From positions 2,480,001 through 2,544,000 of the forward strand of contig OZ059900.1 in the NCBI GenBank assembly GCA_964057225.1: 64,000 nucleotides of DNA. The letters are read 5' to 3'. Below the pieces are notes generated by a model. That model saw only the letters and a list, made by a program, of their open reading frames with translations. It was not told where the DNA came from and did no database searches. Made by a program: the position numbers and the translations under genes. Source of the DNA: Auanema rhodensis (Eukaryota; Animalia; Nematoda). Positions 55,692-64,000 of this stretch are shown in pieces (the first letter of the stretch is position 1; each line of letters starts with the position of its first letter).

Positions 55692-58600
55692 GATCAAAAG
55701 CATAGTTCTATTGTCTATAACAACAAAAGTCTTTGATTAAACGCTAGTGATGTTTTAGTACTGAATTTTGCTCAAATAGCATTACTACACTAAGTATGGT
55801 CGTTTTTATGCCTTTAACACCATATACTCACCGATTTTTGGTACAAAATCTGTAATACTCGTAAATTTTGATCATATTCGTTAAGATTTGAGAATCAAAC
55901 ATACAATACACGAAATAAGTCTATTTTTACAAGTTTGCACTGATATTTATTCATTTTGATCAAAAAAGGTCGAAAATAGAAAGAATTTTTGAAATTTCCG
56001 AGTTTTGAGTCTAATTTGGCTAAATCGCTCATATATATGATCAGAAGCATAGGTGTATTGTCTATGACAACAAAAGTCATTAATTAAACACTAATGATGT
56101 TTAAATCACTAAATTTCGCTCTAATAGCATTACTACACTAAGTATGGTCGTTTTTATACCTTCAACACCATATACTCACCGATTTTTGGTACAAAATCTG
56201 TGATACTCGTAAATTTTGATCATATTCGTTAAGATTTGAGAATCAAACACACAATACACAATATCAGTCTATTTTTATGAGCTTGCACTGATATATATTC
56301 ATTTTGATCAAAAAAGGTCGAAAACAGAAAGAATTTTTGAAATTTCCGAGTTTTGAATCTAATTTGGCTAAATCGCTCATTTATATGATCAAAAGCATAG
56401 TTTTATTGTCTATGACAACAAAAGTCATCAATTAAACGCTAGTGATGTTTAAATACTGAATTTCGCTCAAATAGCATTACTACACTAAGTATGGTCGTTT
56501 TTATGCCTTTAACACCATATACTCACCGATTTTTGGTACAAAATCTGTAATACTTGTAAATTTTGATCATATTCGTTAAGATTTGAGAATCAAACACATA
56601 ATACACGAAATAAGTCTTTTTTTACAAGTTTGCACTGATATTTATTCATTTTGATCAAAAAAGGTCGAAAATAGAAAGAATTTTTGAAATTTCCGAGTTT
56701 TGAGTCCAATTTGGCTAAATCGCTCATATATATGATCAGAAGCATAGTTCTATTGTCTATAACAACAAAAGTCTTTAATTAAACGCTAGTGATGTTTAAA
56801 TACTGATTTTCGCTCAAATAGCATTACTACACTAAGTATGGTCGTTTTTATGCCTTTAACACCATATACTCACCGATTTTTGGTACAAAATCTGTAATAC
56901 TTGTAAATTTTGATCATATTCGTTAAGATTCGAGAATCAAACACATAATACACGAAATAAGTCTAGTTTTATGAGTTTGCACTGATATTTATTCATTTTG
57001 ATCAAAAAAGGTCGAAAATAGAAAGAATTTTTGAATTTTCCGAGTTTTGAGTCCAATTGGGCTAAATCGCTCATATATATGATCAAAAGCATAGTTTTAC
57101 TGTCTATGATAACAAAAGTCTTCAAATATACACTAATAATGTGTAAATCACTGAATTTCACTCAAATAGCATTACTACACTAAGTATGGTCGTTTTTATG
57201 CCTTTAACACCATATACTCACCGATTTTTGGTACAAAATCTGTAATACTTGTAAATTTTGATCATATTCGTTAAGATTCGAGAATCAAACACATAATACA
57301 CGAAATAAGTCTATTTTTATGAGTTTGCACTGATATTTATTCATTTTGATCAAAAAAGGTCGAAAATAGAAAGAATTTTTGAAATTTCCGAGTTTTGAGT
57401 CTAATTTGGCTAAATCGCTCATATATATGATCAGAAGCATAGTTTTATTGTCTATGACAACAAAAATCATCAATTAAACGCTAGTGATGTTTAAATACTG
57501 ATTTTCGCTCAAATAGCATTACTACACTAAGTATGGTCGTTTTTATGCCTTTAACACCATATCCTCACCGATTTTTGGTACAAAATCTGTAATACTCGTA
57601 AATTTTGATCATATTCGTTAAGATTTGAGAATCAAACATACAATACACAAAATCAGTCTATTTTTATGAGCTTGCACTGATATATATTCATTTTGATCAA
57701 AAAAGGTCGAAAATAGAAAGAATTTTTGAAATTTCCGAGTTTTGAGTCTAATTTGGCTAAATCGCTCATATATATGATCAGAAGCATAGGTGTATTGTCT
57801 ATGACAACAAAAGTCATCAATTAAACGCTAGTGATGTTTTAATACTGAATTTCGCTCAAATAGCATTACTACACTAAGTATGGTCGTTTTTATGCCTTTA
57901 ACACCATATACTCACCGATTTTTGGTACAAAATCTGTAATACTCGTAAATTTTGATCATATTCGTTAAGATTTGAGAATCAAACATACAATACACAAAAT
58001 CAGTCTATTTTTATGAGCTTGCACTGATATATATTCATTTTGATCAAAAAAGGTCGAAAATAGAAAGAATTTTTGAAATTTCCGAGTTTTGAGTCTAATT
58101 TGGCTAAATCGCTCATATATATGATCAAAAACATAGTTTTACTGTCTATGATAACAAAAGTCTTCAAATATACACTAATAATGATTAAATCACTGAATTT
58201 CAGTCATATAGCATTACTACACTAAGTATGGTCGTTTTTATGCCTTTAACACCATATACTCACCGATTTTTGGTACAAAATCTGTAATACTCGTAAATTT
58301 TGATCATATTCGTTAAGATTTGAGAATCAAACACACAATACACAAAATCAGTCTATTTTTATGAGCTTGCACTGATATATATTCATTTTGATCAAAAAAG
58401 GTCGAAAATAGAAAGAATTTTTGAAATTTCCGAGTTTTGAGTCTAATTTGGCTAAATCGCTCATATATATGATCAGAAGCATAGGTGTATTGTCTATGAT
58501 AACAAAAGTCTTCAAATATACACTAATAATGATTAAATCACTGAATTTCAGTCAAATAGCATTACTACACTAAGTATGGTCGTTTTTATGCCTTTAACAC

Positions 58601-59526
58601 CATATACTCACCGATTTTTGGTACAAAATCTGTAATACTTGTAAATTTTGATCATATTCGTTACGATTTGAGAATCAAACACACAATACACAAAATCAGT
58701 CTATTTTTATGAGTTTGCACTGATATTTATTCATTTTGATCAAAAAAGGTCGAAAATAGAAAGAATTTTTGAATTTTCCGAGTTTTGAGTCCAATTGGGC
58801 TAAATCGCTCATATATATGATCAAAAGCATAGTTTTACTGTCTATGATAACAAAAGTCTTCAAATATACACTAATAATGTGTAAATCACTGAATTTCACT
58901 CAAATAGCATTACTACACTAAGTATGGTCGTTTTTATGCCTTTAACACCATATACTCACCGATTTTTGGTACAAAATCTGTAATACTTGTAAATTTTGAT
59001 CATATTCGTTAAGATTTGAGAATCAAACACACAATACACAAAATCAGTCCATTTTTATGAGTTTGCACTGATATTTATTCATTTTGATCAAAAAAGGTCG
59101 AAAATAGAAAGAATTTTTGAAATTTCCGAGTTTTGAGTCTAATTTGGCTAAATCGCTCATATATATGATCAGAAGCATAGTTTTATTGTCTATGACAACA
59201 AAAATCATCAATTAAACGCTAGTGATGTTTAAATACTGATTTTCGCTCAAATAGCATTACTACACTAAGTATGGTCGTTTTTATGCCTTTAACACCATAT
59301 ACTCACCGATTTTTGGTACAAAATCTGTAATACTCGTAAATTTTGATCATATTCGTTAAGATTTGAGAATCAAACATACAATACACAAAATCAGTCTATT
59401 TTTATGAGCTTGCACTGATATATATTCATTTTGATCAAAAAAGGTCGAAAATAGAAAGAATTTTTGAAATTTCCGAGTTTTGAGTCTAATTTGGCTAAAT
59501 CGCTCATATATATGATCAGAAGCATA
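55692..59526 (+). repeat. Duplicate of about 48740-52574 (11 monomers; offset 6952 bp = 20 monomers)
   Basis: Rare SNPs are paired at +6952: TTGAATCT 49405/56357, CATATCCTCACC 50611/57563 and GATCAAAAAC 51179/58131. ORF pairs 48943/55895, 49985/56937 and 50333/57285. Confidence 0.9.
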
Positions 59527-60999
59527 GTTTTATTGTCTATGACAACAAAAATCATCAATTAAACGCTAGTGATGTTTAAATACTGATTTTCGCTCAAATA
59601 GCATTACTACACTAAGTATGGTCGTTTTTATGCCTTTAACACCATATACTCACCGATTTTTGGTACAAAATCTGTAATACTTGTAAATTTTGATCATATT
59701 CGTTAAGATTCGAGAATCAAACACATAATACACGAAATAAGTCTAGTTTTATGAGTTTGCACTGATATTTATTCATTTTGATCAAAAAAGGTCGAAAATA
59801 GAAAGAATTTTTGAATTTTCCGAGTTTTGAGTCCAATTGGGCTAAATCGCTCATATATATGATCAAAAGCATAGTTTTACTGTCTATGATAACAAAAGTC
59901 TTCAAATATACACTAGTAATGATTAAATCACTGAATTTCACTCAAATAGCTTTACTACACTAAGTATGGTCGTTTTTATGCCTTTAACACCATATACTCA
60001 CCGATTTTTGGTACAAAATCTGTAATACTCGTAAATTTTGATCATATTCGGTGAGATTCGAGAATCGAACACACAATACACAAAATAAGTCTATTTTTAC
60101 GAGTTTGCACTGATATTTTTTCATTTTGATCAAAAAAGGTCGAAAATAGAAAGAATTTTTGAAATTTCCGAGTTTTGAGTCTAATTTGGCTAAATCGCTC
60201 ATATATATGATCAAAAGCATAGTTTTACTGTCTATGATAACAAAAGTCTTCAAATATACACTAATAATGTGTAAATCACTGAATTTCACTCAAATAGCTT
60301 CACTACACTAAGTATGGTCGTTTTTATGCCTTTAACACCATATACTCACCGATTTTTGGTACAAAATCTGTAATACTCGTAAATTTTGATCATATTCGTT
60401 AAGATTCGAGAATCAAACACACAATACACGAAATAAGTTTATTTTTACGAGTTTGCACTGATATTTATTCATTTTGATCAAAAAAGGTCGAAAATAGAAA
60501 GAATTTTTGAATTTTCCGAGTTTTGAGTCCAATTGGGCTAAATCGCTCATATATATGATCAAAAGCATAGTTTCACTGTCTATGATAACAAAAGTCTTCA
60601 AATATACACTAGTAATGATTAAATCACTGAATTTCACTCAAATAGCTTTACTACACTAAGTATGGTCGTTTTTATGCCTTTAACACCATATACTCACCGA
60701 TTTTTGGTACAAAATCTGTAATACTCGTAAATTTTGATCATATCCGTTAAGATTCGAGAATCAAACACACAATACACGAAATAAGTTTATTTTTACGAGT
60801 TTGCACTGATATTTATTCATTTTGATCAAAAAAGGTCGAAAATAGAAAGAATTTTTGAATTTTCCGAGTTTTGAGTCCAATTGGGCTAAATCGCTCATAT
60901 ATATGATCAAAAGCATAGTTTCACTGTCTATGATAACAAAAGTCTTCAAATATACACTAGTAATGATTAAATCACTGAATTTCACTCAAATAGCATTAC

Positions 61000-63405
61000 T
61001 ACACTAAGTATGGTCGTTTTTATGCCTTTAACACCATATACTCACCGATTTTTGGTACAAAATCTGTAATACTTGTAAATTTTGATCATATTCGTTAAGA
61101 TTTGAGAATCAAACACATAATACACGAAATAAGTCTTTTTTTACAAGTTTGCACTGATATTTATTCATTTTGATCAAAAAAGGTCGAAAATAGAAAGAAT
61201 TTTTGAAATTTCCGAGTTTTGAGTCTAATTTGGCTAAATCGCTCATATATATGATCAAAAGCATAGTTTCACTGTCTATGATAACAAAACTCTTCAAATA
61301 TACACTAGTAATGATTAAATCACTGAATTTCACTCAAATAGCATTACTACACTAAGTATGGTCGTTTTTATGCCTTTAACACCATATACTCACCGATTTT
61401 TGGTACAAAATCTGTAATACTTGTAAATTTTGATCATATTCGTTAAGATTTGAGAATCAAACACATAATACACGAAATAAGTCTTTTTTTACGAGTTTGC
61501 ACTGATATTTATTCATTTTGATCAAAAAAGGTCGAAAATAGAAAGAATTTTTGAAATTTCCGAGTTTTGAGTCTAATTTGGCTAAATCGCTCATATATAT
61601 GATCAAAAGCATAGTTCTATTGTCTATAACAACAAAAGTCTTTGATTAAACGCTAGTGATGTTTTAGTACTGAATTTTGCTCAAATAGCATTACTACACT
61701 AAGTATGGTCGTTTTTATGCCTTTAACACCATATACTCACCGATTTTTGGTACAAAATCTGTAATACTCGTAAATTTTGATCATATTCGTTAAGATTTGA
61801 GAATCAAACATACAATACACGAAATAAGTCTATTTTTACAAGTTTGCACTGATATTTATTCATTTTGATCAAAAAAGGTCGAAAATAGAAAGAATTTTTG
61901 AAATTTCCGAGTTTTGAGTCTAATTTGGCTAAATCGCTCATATATATGATCAGAAGCATAGGTGTATTGTCTATGACAACAAAAGTCATTAATTAAACAC
62001 TAATGATGTTTAAATCACTAAATTTCGCTCTAATAGCATTACTACACTAAGTATGGTCGTTTTTATACCTTCAACACCATATACTCACCGATTTTTGGTA
62101 CAAAATCTGTGATACTCGTAAATTTTGATCATATTCGTTAAGATTTGAGAATCAAACACACAATACACAATATCAGTCTATTTTTATGAGCTTGCACTGA
62201 TATATATTCATTTTGATCAAAAAAGGTCGAAAACAGAAAGAATTTTTGAAATTTCCGAGTTTTGAATCTAATTTGGCTAAATCGCTCATTTATATGATCA
62301 AAAGCATAGTTTTATTGTCTATGACAACAAAAGTCATCAATTAAACGCTAGTGATGTTTAAATACTGAATTTCGCTCAAATAGCATTACTACACTAAGTA
62401 TGGTCGTTTTTATGCCTTTAACACCATATACTCACCGATTTTTGGTACAAAATCTGTAATACTTGTAAATTTTGATCATATTCGTTAAGATTTGAGAATC
62501 AAACACATAATACACGAAATAAGTCTTTTTTTACAAGTTTGCACTGATATTTATTCATTTTGATCAAAAAAGGTCGAAAATAGAAAGAATTTTTGAAATT
62601 TCCGAGTTTTGAGTCCAATTTGGCTAAATCGCTCATATATATGATCAGAAGCATAGTTCTATTGTCTATAACAACAAAAGTCTTTAATTAAACGCTAGTG
62701 ATGTTTAAATACTGATTTTCGCTCAAATAGCATTACTACACTAAGTATGGTCGTTTTTATGCCTTTAACACCATATACTCACCGATTTTTGGTACAAAAT
62801 CTGTAATACTTGTAAATTTTGATCATATTCGTTAAGATTCGAGAATCAAACACATAATACACGAAATAAGTCTAGTTTTATGAGTTTGCACTGATATTTA
62901 TTCATTTTGATCAAAAAAGGTCGAAAATAGAAAGAATTTTTGAATTTTCCGAGTTTTGAGTCCAATTGGGCTAAATCGCTCATATATATGATCAAAAGCA
63001 TAGTTTTACTGTCTATGATAACAAAAGTCTTCAAATATACACTAATAATGTGTAAATCACTGAATTTCACTCAAATAGCATTACTACACTAAGTATGGTC
63101 GTTTTTATGCCTTTAACACCATATACTCACCGATTTTTGGTACAAAATCTGTAATACTTGTAAATTTTGATCATATTCGTTAAGATTCGAGAATCAAACA
63201 CATAATACACGAAATAAGTCTATTTTTATGAGTTTGCACTGATATTTATTCATTTTGATCAAAAAAGGTCGAAAATAGAAAGAATTTTTGAAATTTCCGA
63301 GTTTTGAGTCTAATTTGGCTAAATCGCTCATATATATGATCAGAAGCATAGTTTTATTGTCTATGACAACAAAAATCATCAATTAAACGCTAGTGATGTT
63401 TAAAT
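61000..63405 (+). repeat. Duplicate of about 55090-57496 (7 monomers; offset 5909 bp = 17 monomers)
   Basis: ORF pairs 55200/61109, 55895/61804, 56937/62846 and 57285/63194. TTGAATCT SNP at 56357/62266. Confidence 0.88.
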
Positions 63406-64000
63406 CACTGAATTTCACTCAAATAGCATTACTACACTAAGTATGGTCGTTTTTATGCCTTTAACACCATATACTCACCGATTTTTGGTACAAAATCTGT
63501 AATACTTGTAAATTTTGATCATATTCGTTAAGATTTGAGAATCAAACACATAATACACGAAATAAGTCTTTTTTTACAAGTTTGCACTGATATTTATTCA
63601 TTTTGATCAAAAAAGGTCGAAAATAGAAAGAATTTTTGAAATTTCCGAGTTTTGAGTCTAATTTGGCTAAATCGCTCATATATATGATCAAAAGCATAGT
63701 TTCACTGTCTATGATAACAAAAGTCTTCAAATATACACTAGTAATGATTAAATCACTGAATTTCACTCAAATAGCATTACTACACTAAGTATGGTCGTTT
63801 TTATGCCTTTAACACCATATACTCACCGATTTTTGGTACAAAATCTGTAATACTTGTAAATTTTGATCATATTCGTTAAGATTTGAGAATCAAACACATA
63901 ATACACGAAATAAGTCTTTTTTTACGAGTTTGCACTGATATTTATTCATTTTGATCAAAAAAGGTCGAAAATAGAAAGAATTTTTGAAATTTCCGAGTTT
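63400..64000 (+). repeat. Start of a tandem repeat of the 7-monomer unit beginning at about 60967 (offset 2433 bp), truncated by the window end
   Basis: From 63400 the sequence follows 60967 onward. ORF pair 61109/63542 differs at one SNP (61290). Confidence 0.75.

Larger units (their letters stand above)
1..64000. repeat. Tandem satellite DNA array, 347/348-bp AT-rich monomer, about 184 copies, single orientation, running off both window ends
   Basis: ACTACACTAAGTATGGTCGTTTTTATGCCTTTAACACCATATACTCACCGATTTTTGGTACAAAATCTGT recurs at 181, 529, 876, 1224, 1571 ... 63779; (63779-181)/183 = 347.5. ORF-track offsets are all sums of 347s and 348s. Confidence 0.99.

Noticed and set aside
313-63766. 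More than 100 minus-strand ORFs of 61-101 aa (MKFSDL..., MMTFVV...) as a tandem small-protein gene family
   Set aside because: They are one reading frame of the satellite monomer. Most begin at GTG or TTG, they are made and broken by single SNPs (for example a stop from G>A at 2106), and many monomers lack them. Their F/I/K/L/N-rich composition is what 72% AT DNA gives by chance, and I recognise no domain. Ribo-seq or proteomic evidence, or dN/dS below 1, would be needed to reconsider.
181-63778. CRISPR-like array or recombinase cassette array (conserved block plus variable segment)
   Set aside because: The variable segments are homologous alleles of one sequence, not unique spacers or cassettes. 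The period is 347/348 bp, and there are no cas, integrase or other genes in the window.
1-64000. Hidden transposon insertion, inversion or unique island inside the array
   Set aside because: The monomer phase is continuous from 181 to 63779, all marker ORFs are on one strand, and I met no non-satellite sequence on reading through.

Overview
The whole 64 kb window is one uninterrupted head-to-tail array of an AT-rich eukaryotic-type satellite DNA. The monomer is 347 or 348 bp and about 28% GC (99/348 counted by hand in monomer 181-528). Using ACTACACTAAGTATGG as the monomer start, 183 complete monomers lie between 181 and 63778 (mean period 347.5 bp), plus partial monomers at both ends, all in one orientation. 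I see no genes, RNA genes, transposon insertions, inversions or CRISPR arrays. All listed minus-strand ORFs are the same chance reading frames repeated with the monomer, and I used them only as markers of monomer variants. I find no protein-coding system. The interesting biology is in the array structure. (1) The monomer looks like an old diverged dimer of about 179+169 bp. (2) It carries several palindromes and a nested inverted-repeat arrangement around three TGATCA sites. (3) Near-invariant blocks alternate with variable blocks that are shuffled between monomers. (4) Much of the common polymorphism is CpG to TpG/CpA, while five other CpGs are almost invariant. (5) There are nested higher-order repeats and block duplications at offsets of 3, 5, 6, 7, 14, 17, 20, 34, 35, 71 and 129 monomers, including an apparently identical 11.26 kb duplication. 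(6) The monomer subfamily mix shifts at about 34-38 kb. Species, satellite family name and centromeric function cannot be determined from the sequence alone. All comparisons were made by eye and from ORF-track offsets.
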